DNA from: Podarcis cretensis
Taxonomy: Eukaryota
DNA: 64,000 nucleotides
NCBI GenBank assembly: GCA_951804945.1
Contig: OX638150.1
Coordinates: 43,896,001 to 43,960,000, forward strand
Direction: 5' to 3'
The translations under genes and the position numbers were made by a program. Shown piece by piece: positions 12,484-27,559 of this stretch; position 1 is the first letter of the stretch; every line of letters starts with the position of its first letter. The notes beneath the pieces were generated by a model, which was not told the origin of the DNA, did no database searches, and was given only the letters and a program-made list of their open reading frames with translations.

Positions 12484-12582
12484 GTTGTTAAGCTGAAGCA
12501 GATCGAGCACACCCTCAATGAAAAGCGCATTCTCCAGGCTGTGAACTTCCCATTCCTTGTCAGGCTAGAGTATTCTTTTAAG
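12484..12582 (+). CDS. PRKACA: PKA C-alpha exon 4
   Basis: 99 nt; [33 protein letters not shown]; preceded by a 98-nt intron. Confidence 0.97.
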
Positions 12583-14678
12583 GTAAAGGATGTCTTTGCA
12601 CTCTCTCTCCCCACCCCCTGCCTAAATATTCATTCTCTTGCTTTCTGGTCCTTTGGATACTTGCTCTGCTGCATCAGATCAAAGGCACACAGTGGCCAAC
12701 CAGATACTTAAGGGAAGCTAACCACTTTACCATAGCACCCAGCTAATCTTTTTGCCCCTGTCTGGGCTTGTGGCTAGCTGAGCATCCACCATTGCAGGCA
12801 AGCCCAGCTGGCTGGATACTTTCTGTGCTGGTACAGTAGGTACAGTGTGCTTCCCCTTTGGGAGCAGCCTGGGTAGGTGGATCTCCTGGGCTAGAGCACA
12901 CGTTGTCATGATAGGCCCTCAAAACTCTTCCTTATGATAGGCCTTCAATATTTTGTTTTGTCCTAGCTCTTTCTGGTGTTGGTGGAGTTTTGGGCAAGTA
13001 AACAAGTGGGCACTATAAGCATACAAAATGTTTAATAAAGCCAACAGTATTTTATCATTTTGTGTTTGAGTTACCCAGAGAACAATCTTACTGGGTTGCC
13101 TCATATAAATACAGTAAGTAAGGCTGCAATCCTAACACCACTTACCTAGAAGTAAGCCTCGTTGAATTCAGGATTTACTTTTAAGTCAAGGTGAAAGTGC
13201 TATAGGGAGCATGTAAGTCTGGACTATGTGACAAGGCAACTGTGCCTTGTCTATTAATGCAGCTCTAAATCAAGGTTTTGCAGGCTTCCGTTCACCTCAG
13301 CTACATAGAAAGGATATAAAAAGCCATTGAGTCCTACCTATTGCCACAAAGGGCAGAACCATTTTTAAAAAATCTGCTTTGAAGGAAATATGCATGTTTA
13401 TATACCCTTTGTGGCTGTAACCTAAAACCATGGACACAGTGGCTGTTTGAAAGCTCAACCAGAAGAGGAGGCCTCTACTGCTGTCTCATAGGTTCCTTCC
13501 CATTTCCCCTCTGCTATAGCAGCCTTTGACAATGCCGTGTCAAAAGCTTACCTCTCAATCAGAATAAAGCCTGAATAAATACATTCATGCTACCTTGCAG
13601 AGATTGTTTCAGCTGCAGACTTTGGGGGTTTTAAAAAAAAAAGTATCTTAATTCTAAATACTATTTCCTCGGCAGTAAGTCCCATTGATGTTAGTAGGAC
13701 TTGCTTCCAAGTTGGTTGGTGTTAGACTGTGTGTATAATTCATTCCCTTGGTAGTGAGAGTAATTCTGTAAGTCTACAAGAAGATCCTTGCTGGATCAGC
13801 CCAAAAGCCCATCTAGTCCAGCATTCTGCCCAACAGTCCATACTAGCCAACCAGGTGCCTATGGGGAGCCACAAACAGGATCTGAGCACAACATTCTTTT
13901 GTTTATGAACCCCATAGTGGAGTTACTATAGTTATCATGACTAGCGGTCATTATTAGTCCTATCCTACATGACCAGGTACAAAGAGGTTTGAGTTCACCT
14001 TAGTAACAGCTACTTTTGAAGTTGTTGCCTTTTTTTTTAAGGTGATGGCAGGAAAAGACTCTGAACAGAACATAGCACTAAAACCAAAACACTCTGCTAT
14101 AGAAACAGTTTTGCACCAAGCAAAACTATATGATCGTTGTGCAAATAAGTTGTGCAAATGAATGGGGACTAGAGGACAAGGAACTTGTATACATTCAGAT
14201 TTTAAAGAACTTGCATTTATTGAGCGGGAAGCAAGGCAATGGTGGTAGAGAGCGATGGACTAGGGAACAAACGTGAAGATTGGAATTGGGGGCAGTTAGG
14301 AAAGTGTAGCCATGTGAAGGAATGAAGTACTGATCTGAAATGCTGTGACCTGTTCCTTCACCACCATCTAGTCTGTAGGCACTGTATCAACATTTTGGTT
14401 TTTTATCTGCAACTGCAAGGGCAAGATACTTCATTTTTTTTAAAGGAAATTGGCAGGAACTTGAATTCTGTGGTGTATATAGTCCTTTCTCCCAGCCCAA
14501 CAGCAAACCCAGTTCCTGTTCTAGAGTGCTCCTATGGATGTGTGAGTACGCTGGTGCAAGCATCACTGCAGAAAGGCAATAGAAGTAAATAAATTGGAGA
14601 GCTGTGGCCCTGAACATACAAGGTTGGGGTGGGTGCAAAGCAGTGCTGGCCAGGACCCTGAGTTGTTTCTGCCCTTGA

Positions 14679-14768
<90 letters not shown>

Positions 14769-15711
14769 TGAGTGTGCTCCCCTGTCCTTGTAAGGTTGGG
14801 ATGATGCTCTCAGTTGTGGGAACAGAAGAGCTGAGAGTTGGGTGGGCTTCCTGGGTTAGAACAGGGGAAAGGAACCAGGAAAGAACTAGGTTTCTCTTGT
14901 TCTGCACTTTAAAGTTGAGTGGAGGATATCTTCCCCTTCCAGCAAGCCCTAACTTCTGGGGTAAAGAATATGCAGTTTAGAAAAAAGTCTAATGATAGGA
15001 CAGAAGCTGCATTTGCTTTGACATTAATTCCCATCCTCCTGGATGTGAAGCTGGTGACTTGCAAAGAGCAGATCATTCCTATCAGAGTGTGGTGGCAATG
15101 ACACTGAGTTCCTGATTATTCTCTTTAACACTAAGGGGCAAGGGGTGACCTGGCTTGACAGGACCATATGAGCGGAGTGCTTTTCATCAGAGGATTGTTA
15201 GCGGAGACTTCAGTATAGAAGCTACCACCATAGAACATGCTTCTATCTTGCTTTGTATCCATTTACTGTATGGAAAGCGGGATGCTTGTTAACATGCTCT
15301 CATTTAACTCTGTAGTTATGTGTGCTTCAGATAAGCTGCCATCTTGTAGAACAGTCTAGAACTGGCATAGCACTGAGACTGAGCGACGGACCAGGAAGCC
15401 CCCAGTCCGAATGGTGCCTCTGCCATGAACTCAACTACATGGCATTACGCAAAGTTCTGTCTCACAGCCTCAGCCCCACCATCTGCAACACGGAGAGTAA
15501 ATAGTAATGACTTACCTTCCAGGATTGTTGCAATGATTACACCTACATAAGAACATGGTCAGAATAAGGGAAGAGATTCTGCATGTGTTCAGCCATAGGT
15601 GGGGCAGGGAGAGCATGAGTGAAATATGTGAGATAACTTCCAGCTGAAGACTCAAGGTCCTGTTGAACGGGGAACAGGGGAGAGATCTGGTCTTATAGTA
15701 TTGGTTTGTGA

Positions 15712-15841
15712 CAGGGGTGGAAACCTGAGCCCTTTTGCTGAGAGTACAGCTCCCATCATCCCTGACTGAGCTGGTTGGGGCTGATGGGAGTTGGAGCCCA
15801 ACCCAGCAGTGCTCTGGAGGGCCACAGGTTCTCCATCCCTG
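15712..15841. mobile_element. Small hAT-like MITE
   Basis: CAGGGGTGG...CCATCCCTG termini with an internal CTCCCATCA/TGATGGGAG inverted repeat. Related degenerate copies at ~1410, ~8830, ~51360 and ~53450. Confidence 0.5.
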
Positions 15842-15900
15842 GTTTATGGGGATCAGTGAAGGTGAAGACTCAGCTGGCATGTCTTGGAGGTGGCCTATGA

Positions 15901-16077
<177 letters not shown>

Positions 16078-16583
16078 TGAGATTCTGCCGCACAGCATTT
16101 TGAGAATTCCTCTCCTTGTCAGTATGTCTAAGAATACTGTTTCTTTCCCCAAATATCTGCAACAATTAGTTTTTTTAAGAAAGGACTGAATTTTGACAAG
16201 CATAAGTAACTTCTTAGGAAATTTTGAAGTTGACATAAAATCTAAAGGTGCACCTCTTTCTATCATTTGTTCTTTGAATATCAGGAAGTCCCCCCCGTCC
16301 CCCGTCCCCCCGTGGTACCTGCTCAAACAAATGTGCTCCAAACCACCAGATGCACTTTTCCTATTTTGGTGGCGAGTGGGGAGCATGTTAGAAAACATTC
16401 ATTACGAGCAGTTGCTGTTTAGAAAGTAATACTTACCTTTGGAAACAAAATCTTCTCTCTTATTCCACCCGAAACATCACCTCTCCATGTGCTGGGGTTT
16501 GTGCAAGCCTCCATCACTTCCTTTGTGCTGCTGACCCTATTGGTGTGGAGAACTCAGCTTTGTTAATTTTCTCTTACCCCCAG

Positions 16584-16679
16584 GTGACAGATTTTGGCTT
16601 TGCCAAACGAGTGAAAGGCCGAACATGGACCCTTTGTGGGACTCCAGAATACCTGGCTCCTGAAATCATTCTGAGCAAG
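16584..16679 (+). CDS. PRKACA: PKA C-alpha exon 7 (DFG, activation loop, APE)
   Basis: 96 nt; [32 protein letters not shown]. Confidence 0.97.
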
Positions 16680-16801
16680 GTGAGACACCTGTACTCAGGA
16701 ACAGTGTTTTGGGCCTCGTTCAGCCCAGAAAGAAGACTGTGTTCATCTCAATATCTTGCAGTACACTGCAATTAAGTGCCGATCATCCTTGGTGTTTGTG
16801 A

Positions 16802-17077
<276 letters not shown>

Positions 17078-18230
17078 TAGCTCACAGTATACAGTGCATA
17101 CATTTATAATGTTCGGTGAAGCATGGACCTGCTGTGTTTACCTGCCAAATAAATGTTGGAGTAGGTGGAATTCAGCAGACTGTGAACGGAAACCCCCTCT
17201 GTATTTTCTTGGCAAATCTTCCAGCTATTTTTTGGTGCTGCTTGCAGCTTTCACCACAGGAACAAATGTCTGGAAATCTAGATGGCTGCAGTTATATTCA
17301 TAGTCTGACCTTATTTTGAGGAAAGGGGCAGATCTGTTGGCTTCATTTGAATACTGAGTCTCAAATTTCGTATACTTTAAACAAACGTAAGGCTCTAGTC
17401 TTCAGTGTGAAGAAGAAATTAGTTGAAGAATTCTACAGGCTAAGTGGAATATGGATTTTCTGAGTCTAGAATTCTAGTGTCTGTAATACTTGGCAGTTCT
17501 CCCAGGTGAGACTCCTAGAGTAATGTGAGACTAAGCAGCACAAAAAAGATCAGAAAAGCACAAAGTGGAGTTTTATAAGTTAAACAGAGTAAAACTGCAG
17601 AAAGGGGGAGACATGCAACTCAAGCTCTCTGTAACTGCAATGCTGTGAGTTGTCAGAATATTGCTCTTAGAATTTGTAACATGGCCTAAAGGAGTGAGGT
17701 GTAGCAGGGCAGTGTTGGAAGAGCTTTGCAGGAAAATGTGTGATGTCAAAGGAACATCTCCCCCACCCAAGAAAACTAAACGAAAGTAATGGAGATCAGT
17801 GGATATATGTGCATGCTAGCTTTCAGATGGCTGGGGCTTGCTCTTGTTCTGCTGCTCCAGAACATGCATGCTCTCTTTGAGTCCAGCTGTCCTTTTATCC
17901 CTTCCCTGCCATTTATCCTAAGAATTTTCACTGGGCCCTACTTGCCAACTTTGATTTCTCAGGTGGTTAATGCTAAAATAATCAGTATTAAGTTGCCGTT
18001 TGAGTCAGGCTATTAGGCCAGGAGCTGTACTGACCCGGCCTTTCTCAGTAACACCTAAGATCTTCTATTGAGTCAACTAATTGTTGACGAATAAACATGC
18101 ATTGTGGATAACAGTTATTCTATGGCACTGACCGCAGTTTACTTTGGATTTGAAATTTGTGCAGGTGTGTTATGGATCCCCACAATGTCCTTCAGCAAAT
18201 GATTTGTCCTTGTTAAGATTGCTGTGATAC

Positions 18231-18258
18231 TATTATTATTATTATTATTATTATTATT

Positions 18259-18290
<32 letters not shown>

Positions 18291-18303
18291 TATTACTATT
18301 ATT
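18231..18303. repeat. Compound (TAT)n(CAT)n microsatellite
   Basis: Read directly from the sequence. Confidence 0.95.
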
Positions 18304-19805
18304 AGCACTTAGTATCACAGTTGGACATGAGGCATTACTATTAACTAGTTGAATTAATATAAAAGCTCCCAGAACCTTGTTTGTGATAGGTTATTGCATC
18401 AGGACAGCTCAGCTAAGGTTGCATATAAAAAACATAGTCAAAATGTTATGCGCTTGATCAGGTTTGGTTCTCTGCAAAAGAAACTGACGATACTTGTGCA
18501 CCTCTGTGAGGTGGGCTTTTACTTAGATAAGTCATCCAAGTAATAATGACTGAGAGTTAAACATGGTTGGTCATGATGACAGTCTAGCACAGATCTCAGC
18601 AGAATGAATAGCAAGTAACCATTAATCAAGATTAGGTGCTCTGCTTAAAAGAGAAAGGGAATCTGGGTAGAAGTAGCTCCTTTCACAATACTAAGAGAAG
18701 AGGCTAAGCCAGACTCTGTGATACTTACATTTGATCTTGGTGAAGCTTGTATAAAATTCTACTCTTACATTTAAACTGGTACATTAAATGTACTTAAATA
18801 TAGGGCACGTCTACACTACAGATTTGAGCCAGATTTTTTCAAACTGATTCATCTGTTTCCACCACCCTAAGAGCATTGCTTGGGGATCCTCATTGCTTCA
18901 TAGAATCACATTGCCTAATGCCTTAAGCCCCTTTAAAAACTATGGTGTAAATATGTGCATAACATAGCACCACATCCCTACTAATCTCTGCCTGATAACA
19001 TTCTACCTTTTTATCTATCTAATATCTTTCTGTGGTAGAACAAAATGTAGGTTACAGTAACCACATATATGCCCTGAGATCTTTGGATGAAGGGTGGTAT
19101 ACAAATTTAATACACAAATAAAATAAATATAGCCACTTTGCCAGTGCTTTTTTCTTAGGGCATTTGCTCCTAGGGGTTCTGATTGAAGATCTTCAAACCC
19201 ACTAGCTACCCTGAATTTCATTTAGGTGAGATACATTGTTGAGAAGCAAGCACAAAGAGCACCTGTATTGTTTTTAAGGGTTTTCTTGCTGTCAACTTCT
19301 TTTGCCAAACTGCTTCTTAAATTGTTTTCAGTTTTTAAAAAGTAGTCCAGGGGACATTGCATCACTTGTACATTTGTGTGTGCATGTGAATTTCTCTCTT
19401 TCAGCAGTTCCTGTGCCAAGCCAGTCAGACAATTTTTTTAAAATTCAGAAGTTATAAATCAGTTTAAAGAGAGAGAGAGGCAAGCGTTCCAAGTGTGTTA
19501 GTAAAAGCCCTCCTTCTGTCCCTCTTGTGTTTAGAGTGTTTCCAGAAGAATATGCACATCTCTGTCTCTGTGGCAGCTAGAAGTTCTTGTTAGAATAAAT
19601 TCTAGGATTTGTGGGAATGTGCAGTGTTAACATTTAAGGACATAAGAAGAGCCTGCTAGATTCTGTTCTCACAGGGGCCAACCAGATTCATATGGGAAGT
19701 CCTCAAGCAGGGCATGGGTGCAACTTCCCAAGGCCCCAGTTTTGTGGTAGATGTTGCAATTGCAGACATATGGTGAATTAGTGCTTTGGCTGCAGAGCAC
19801 AATGA

Positions 19806-20111
<306 letters not shown>

Positions 20112-22040
20112 TAGCAGCCCACAGCCTTATTTCCAAAGCAAAGGTTTCCACTATCACACTGCCAGAGAAGTAATGCCAACTCACTGTGGGTGTGTAGTGC
20201 TGGTACACAAAGCCATCCGAACACATGTATCACCTTTTTGAAGCGTATAGCTCACGAACAAGAGAGCCCCCCCCCCACAAAGCTTATCTCACCTCCTGGT
20301 GAAGCAGTTCTTACACTTCAGTGGAACTTGCAGGCCCAATATTAATGATATGGGATCTCGGGATATATTGTGATTATTAGTTATCTGTGAAAAGATCCCA
20401 GGATCTAGTTAAATCCACTGTTGCAGCTGCGTTGGAAATCATCATGTCTTCTCTTTCCTTGGTATAAGCCTGCAGCCTTCCAGATGTTGTCAGACTCCAG
20501 TTCCCACCTTGCTGGTCAGGAGTTTGAATCCAGCACAGTTTGGAGTGCCACTCCTGGTATAGGATCTGCTAATGGCCAAATGAAAGTAATTGCCCATAGA
20601 ACATGAGGAGCGGGCAAGCCTGAGAAACCCCTTTGTATGAAAAAGCTGAAGGGAGGCAGGATAGGATGATGTCGTTGACCGTGTTCACTCTTAGTTCTGC
20701 TGCCTACCTAATTTGCAAATATTCTGGAGATGAAGGTTATAAGTTTCAGTTCCTCCTAAACTGGGGGAAAATAGCAGGCCCAATTAAATGCATCTCTGCT
20801 GAGAGGAGGAAGCTGAGCAGCAAGGCAGGGGTCAGTAGGTACAGCTTCCATTTTGGGTGGGCCTGATTCAGGGCCAAACAAGACGTGTGTTTTTGTTCAG
20901 TCTGTACCTGCCCATTTGCCTGTAACATGCAGGTGTGGAGAGAGCCATGTTTTATGTCAGGGTGGGCATACAAGGAAGGGAATCAAGGGCTACTCCATCC
21001 ACCCTTTTCCTTTTTGTTTTATTATAATTATAATTTTTTATTATTTATTGAATTTATATACCGCCCTATATCCAGAGGTCTCAGGGTGGTTCACAAAACA
21101 CATTAGCAAAATAAAAACAACAACCCAATAAACACACCCCAACGAAACAAAAAAATACCACATTTTAAAAGGGCATAGGATGTCAATCAAATCAATCAAA
21201 GGCCTGGTTAAAAAGGAACATTTTTGCCTCACGCCTATAGGTGTATAATGCTGCTTTGAGATTATTTCCCCCCAAACCAGTTCCAGTATTGGAAGTAGAG
21301 TGGGATAAAGGGAAAGGAGATTAAAGTAACCCAAGTGTGGCAAGGTAAAGAAGGGGAAAGTTTTGTTCCCCTCTCCTGCCAACTCATTTTTGATACTCAG
21401 AAAGTAGATTTCAGCCCCACCTGAGAGATAAGCAGTCAAGGACCTGATTAAAATGCACAGGCATATCTGGCTTGCCCTTTAGCGGGCTCAAGCTATGAGT
21501 GAGGAAGAGCTCATGTTCCTCTCCTTGCCTGTGGAATAGGCTCAGCTGTACCCAAGGGCCACATTCCCTTTTGGGCAGCCTTCCAGGGACCACATGCTGA
21601 TGGTGGGTGAAGCCAGAAGCCAAAGTGAGCAAAGCAGTGGATGTGAATTTTATCGTGCAATAGGCTCCTTTCTACAGATGCTTGCGCGCACACACCCACA
21701 CACCCTCTGCCTTCCATCCAGGCAAGCAAGAGGTATTACCAGAGCCCAAGGCCCTATTCCAGTCAGGCAAGTGGGGCCAGGGAGGTGTGTGTGGTCTGTG
21801 AAGGGTCCCACAGGTCAGAGAGGAGTACATTTGCCCCCCAACCCTGAGGTTCCCCTGTATGACATGTGTTCTCTCTCTATATATATATTTGCCCACCTAT
21901 TTTTGTTTCTGGTTAAACTGAGAAGGCTTAAACCAATAACCCTGCAGGGAGCCCAATTTCACAGCGAATGGTATCATTTCTCTCTCCTAAACCCATGCAG
22001 ACACGACCCCTAATAACTCCTCGCTTTGTCCCCTCCACAG

Positions 22041-22166
22041 GTGGAAGCTCCCTTTATACCAAAGTGCAAAGGCCCCGGCGACACAAGTAACTTTGACGAC
22101 TACGAGGAAGAGGAGATCCGGGTGTCCATCAGTGAGAAGTGCGCCAAGGAGTTTGCAGAATTTTAG
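22041..22166 (+). CDS. PRKACA: PKA C-alpha exon 10, coding part (AGC C-tail, TAG stop)
   Basis: [41 protein letters not shown]; FxxF hydrophobic motif; KGPG is alpha-type. Confidence 0.97.
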   Translation: MEAPFIPKCKGPGDTSNFDDYEEEEIRVSISEKCAKEFAEF

Positions 22167-24193
22167 GGCCAGTCCCCCTTGCTTTGTGTGCCCAGGAAAA
22201 GGAAGGGCTGGATTTGATCAGCCCCAAGGGCCAGAGTTCCTTGCCTATATGTTAATTTGGGGAGGTGGGAGAGTGTTGGGGTTCACCTGAATCTGTTTGG
22301 GCAGAAGAGAGAAAGGGGGAGTTCATTTTGAAGCTGTGGAAAAGGCAGCAGTCAGAGTGCCATCCATCCACCTCCCACTGAAAGCTGTAAGGTGGCTCCC
22401 AGCCACTCTCAGGCAGGTTTTAAACAAATTCCCTTCCTCCTCATATTGACTCCAACCCCCCTCCCCACCACTACCACACACAAACCCTAATTGGACAGTC
22501 CCTGGTTTATTGGTGGCTTTATTTTATTTTTATTTTTTTAGGGGAAAGGGGATATATCTGCCATTCATCACCCCCTATGAAAGGTCTGGTTCATGGGGCA
22601 TTGCAAGAATTTCTGGAAGGGGGGGTGGTTAGGGCAAGAAATAACCACATCCACACAGCACTTTGGTGTTTAGACCAGCACTGAACAGGTTAATGGCCCC
22701 ACCCTCTCGCCTTCCCCTATGGGACAACTCCTGTCCTTTTATCAGTCCCCCCCCCTTTCCAGGCCCCTTTTATTATCTTTAAATAAAAAGTTTAAAGAAA
22801 TAGTTGACTGGCTTTATAAAAAAGGGTTTTAAAAGTCTAGGCAGGGCACAGTGCTTTTTTATACGCTCTGTCTCCCGCACCGTTAAATTAAATTCAGCCA
22901 GAATTTTAACTCTGTAAAAACAACTGAGTTTTAGCATGAAGAATTTGTGTGTGTTTTTTGGATAGAAAAACACTTTATTTCCAATCTTTGTCTCCCTATT
23001 TTGGGGGAAAGAAGGGGGCAATAGTTTTCACACCTGTAGGAGGGAGCAGTGACTGGTTGCCAGCTGGCAAAGGCATACTGAGAGAAAGAAGCTTGTCTCA
23101 ATTTGTCTTTCTTAAATGTGCACACACCCCTTCTCTCTCTCTCTCTCTCTCTCCCTCCCCTAGTCTCCCCATCACCACCACCCTCCAATCCAAATGTCCC
23201 AACATGAGTTTCCCCACTTCAGGCAACTCTTCAAGCATCTGCCTGAACAGAAAAGAAACAAGCAGGATCTAGTCCACCCTGTGAAACATCAGATAGACTC
23301 TAGCTAGTTGCCATGGTTCAAAGGGGCTTCTCCCATTTGGTGAGCCATCAGGGTGGGAGAAAGTCCATGTAGATAGAGCTTGACCGTCGCAGGCAAAATA
23401 CATTGGCTGCTGGGATCCTACCCTTCCCAACTCAAACCTCCGACATCTGTTTTTGTAATACAAGGATGTTTCCAGTCTGTTGGTGGAAACTCCATCGCAC
23501 CGGTCCTTAAGGGCTCCATCGGCCTGCTATGTGCTTTTTTTTAATGTTAAGACGCTAAGGAGGGAGTGGAAAATGTAAATCCCGGTGTAAACGGAGGTGG
23601 GGTAGGGGCTCAGAAACGAAAGTGTTGGGAAGGCCCATTCCATTTTGACCTGCAGTTCTGACAGGGAATGAGAGGTGGCATCTGTTTTATTAGAGTCTTT
23701 TCTCATGGATGCGGAGGGAGCTGTGACTCAAAGATGAGGAGGGGGAGCCCATTTCTCTCCATTTAATTTGTTCCGACTCTTTCCTCCCCCTCCCTTTCCA
23801 ATGCAATGCCTCTTTGTGTTCTGTCTTCACCTACCCCACTCCAAACACACTCTATATTCACCAGTTTAGTTTTCTTTTGTTTTCTTTCTGTGGCTGGGGA
23901 GCAAAGCAGTCTTCTTTAGATTGATAGATGACATATAACACATACAGAAGCGCTGTCAGGAGCAGGCAAGCTTTGCCCCTCCAACTCCTCGTCGTCCTCT
24001 TCCCACCAATAGCTCATTGGCCTCTTCTATGTTGGGTTGGGGAGACAGCGGGAGTTAAAATACCCACCAGCTCCCTGCCTCAGAAAAAAACACTTCTATG
24101 TAATCCAACAAAACTTGTTTCACTGAGAAAAAAACAAACCCTACTTCCTCTTTAACAGTGTGCTTTGTTGTAAACATATTTGAAACTATTACC

Positions 24194-24199
24194 AATAAA
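24194..24199 (+). terminator. PRKACA distal polyadenylation signal
   Basis: AATAAA in the context ACTATTACCAATAAAGTTTTGTTT, which resembles the mammalian PRKACA mRNA end as I recall it; gives a ~2-kb 3'UTR. Confidence 0.75.
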
Positions 24200-24765
24200 G
24201 TTTTGTTTAAAAAAAACCTGAACTTTTATTTCTGAAGCATGACTTAAGACAGGGTGGTGTGGAGAAGAGGAAAAAGGAAAGGGCTGTGATGACATTGAGA
24301 CGTTTGAACGCTAATACAGGAGACAGTACTTGGCCTTCGAAATGACAGGTGCTAAATGATGGCACTGGATGGGAAGTTATGGAATATATATTCTTAGAGA
24401 GCAGTATGTGTGCTCACATTTGCCACTGACACAGTGAGATTCTTTACCTACGGTTTAATTGCCATGCCTGAAGGTACCGTACATAGACTGAGGGTATTGT
24501 CTGTCCTGATCAACTTTAAGGAGGTCAGCTAACAAAATGGATTAGCTAGTTTTAACTTACTAGCCAATCAATAATGCAATAGCAATATAAGTGATATTTT
24601 GAGTCTATTTAATTTTTAGTTTGTGGGAATTCTGCTAGCATCTTAAAGATGGAAAGTTAAGATTATCAAATAGCTGTGAAAATGGGATCATGTGTCTGTT
24701 ACCTAAAGTTTACACCAGGATTCCACAATTGCCAGATTCACTGGACCTGTGTGTTAATATATATA

Positions 24766-24789
24766 TAGATAGAAGATAGATAGATAGAT

Positions 24790-24841
<52 letters not shown>
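24766..24841. repeat. (GATA)n microsatellite
   Basis: Read directly from the sequence. Confidence 0.95.
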
Positions 24842-27252
24842 TGTAGCCATAGAATGTGGATATTCATAGAAAGCTCCTACCCTGCAGATTACAAAAGAAT
24901 ACACTATTTGTATATGAAATAAATGTCACATGTTGAGTTACGTAATGAACTATAGTGTTGTACAAAGTCCATCCATTCAAGGCCATTGAAAGTTGGGCAG
25001 ACAAAATATAAACCACTTTAATGGTACACAGACATTCCCGTTCTTGTAAGAGATCAACCATTATCAACAGTCTATGAGAAAACTAATTGTCTTAATCTCC
25101 AGAGGTACTGCAAGGTCTCTGGACATTTGTGTTTTGCTTTTGGGGTCTCTGCTTATGGCCATAGTTAAAAGAACTTTTTCAGCAAAATGCATGGCAACTG
25201 TAGTTGGCTATGATGTCACTCTTTTCTTTAATTTAAATTTTGCTTTCTCTATGTACATATTTTCAGGCTTGGCTTGAAAAAGTGACAGCCTACCAGTAGC
25301 TTGTGGCACATTACAAACTAACTTATTTGTGTTGCATTAGCTAGCTAGGATGCTAGAGCAGTTTCTAATGCTGCTACAAGACTCCTTTCTTGTTCTAGTT
25401 CGACTGAAGTTGGCTTCTAAAGAGATGTCTGCTCAAGTGAAGTGATGGAATGAGGTGCACTGGAAAACTAGGGTGAACTGTTCTAAAAGTGAATGGGTCA
25501 TTCTGAGAATAACAAGCATTAGGGACTGAACAGCAAAGGGATGCAACTTGATTTGAAGCATGCTAGCTGCTTTCCCAGTTCATATAGAGGTAAGACTTTG
25601 GAGATGAAAACAGCTATGAGATCCTTTTTGGTTCCTTTTTTAATTTTCTTAGCTAAACCCAGATACACTGTAGTTTGTTCACTTCACATTCCCCCAATGT
25701 TGATGACAGTTTGGAAGAGGAATTCCACTTTCACCTCCGGTTAATAGCTGTGGTATTACTTTCAAAAACTGCAAAATCTTTTTGACCAGAGATGGCAGTG
25801 GGACGAAAATGTGTGTGTGTGTACACATGGGAACTGAAACCCTTCTCAAACCACTTTTCATCTCTCAAACGTACCTGTCTCCCTCTTAAATTGCCTTCTG
25901 ATACCCTATCTGGTCTCCATTGTTTGAGCACTTTTTTCTCTTCATGATGTGGTCAGGCAAGGAGGCCACATCTGGTGATGAGCAAAGTCTTGCTCAGGAG
26001 GGTAGCACTTGGTTAACAGTGATCCCCAGCGTTCTGAAGCTAACAGGGTGCAGAAGTTGTAGGCCAGTGAGCCTGCCTACAATTCTTGCAGCTTCTCGGA
26101 GCAGTCTGACACCATGCGGCCTCTCAATAGGTCCACATACAACTCATGGCTGCTATGCAAGAAAGTTGGTACAAAAGACACTATAACACTAGAGAATGTT
26201 GAAAACCCAGAAGCACAAAGTTAAATCTCTCAAACACAGGCTTGTTAACACAACTTGCCCCTTTTCCTGTCACGTAAGACAGGCTCCGTTGCCCTATGTA
26301 AGGAATCATACCCCAATTTCAATGTATCAGCTGTTTAGGTATCTTCCAAGTTGGATTAATCTGTATGTGTGCAGTCTTCAGGCCATTTGACTTGCATAAT
26401 ATCCTTTTTACATAAGATTTAGATAACTGATGTGTATATATGTTAAAGTTGTATACTCAAGAGGAATGCTACATTTGGCATACTCTTGTCTCTGTTCAGG
26501 ATGCCTGGAAACCTTGCATTTGCTTGCCAGCAAATACTGGAATTCTTGAACCTTGGTGTTTTAAGGAAAACCACAAATGAGAGATGTTAAGAGTAACAAA
26601 AATGCTACTGCAATTTTTCAAGGCGGTTGCTCTTGAAATCTCTCTGGAGGGCACAAATGCTTCGGTTTGGAAAAGATCATTCGTTTGACACACTGGGAGT
26701 TTTAAAGTAAAAAAGTGGACTGGTAGTTTCAAAACATACTGAAAGCTACAGTGCTTTATTCCCACCTCTGGAAGGGAGGAGGGCTTGAAAAAGAGATGGC
26801 ATGAAGGCAGTTCATTCCTGACCACTTCCTCTCACTGACTCAGCTTGTGAACATGGGCATATTGCTTCCCTTTCCAGTGCCTCTTTCCCATCAGTAATGG
26901 GGGTGGATCAAAGCCACTGCTTCCCACAGTCAACATCACTGCTTAATCGTGCTACCTGTGCCATAACTGGGAAAACTATGATTTGAGGTGGACTGGAAAT
27001 TCTCACAGGATTAGCACTGGGGAAAGTATTGAGTTAAACAGGTACAGCCTATGAAGACACAAAACCCTGTTATTCTGCCCTAATTGCAATATGTGGGAGC
27101 TAGGAATATAACTCATGAAAGCTACCCACTTGATCTTAACATATCCTTATCAGCTGTCCTCAACTTATAGAAGTAGTCCATAGTGCAGTGTTAAAACTCA
27201 TGGCAACTTAGCATGGCTGTTCAATTTATACTATCCATTTTGCTTTTGGGGC

Positions 27253-27420
27253 CATAGAAAGCTACCTGATTCTGAGTCAGATCATTGGTCTATCCAGCTT
27301 AGTCTGCACTGGCTGGCAGTGGCTCTCGGGTTTTTGATGCAAGGTTTCCCCCCAGTCCTACCTTAAGCCACCAAGGATTGCATCTGGGACCTACATACAA
27401 AGCAGATGCTTTTGTTCTCC
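27253..27420 (-). mobile_element. Squam3-like SINE, degenerate
   Basis: Reverse complement of the same head and tail motifs as 3331-3532 (GAGTCAGATCATTGGTC...AAAGCAGATGCT). Confidence 0.55.
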
Positions 27421-27559
27421 CCCAGAATCAACAAGGAAGGGATTCTGTTCTGTAGGATCCCTTATTCACTTTTTCCCTCTTCTGGCTCCTGCCCCAGGCA
27501 TAAAGCAGATCACTACTGTATTTCTCTTATGATGGTCAGTGTACTGCAGGAACTCATCT

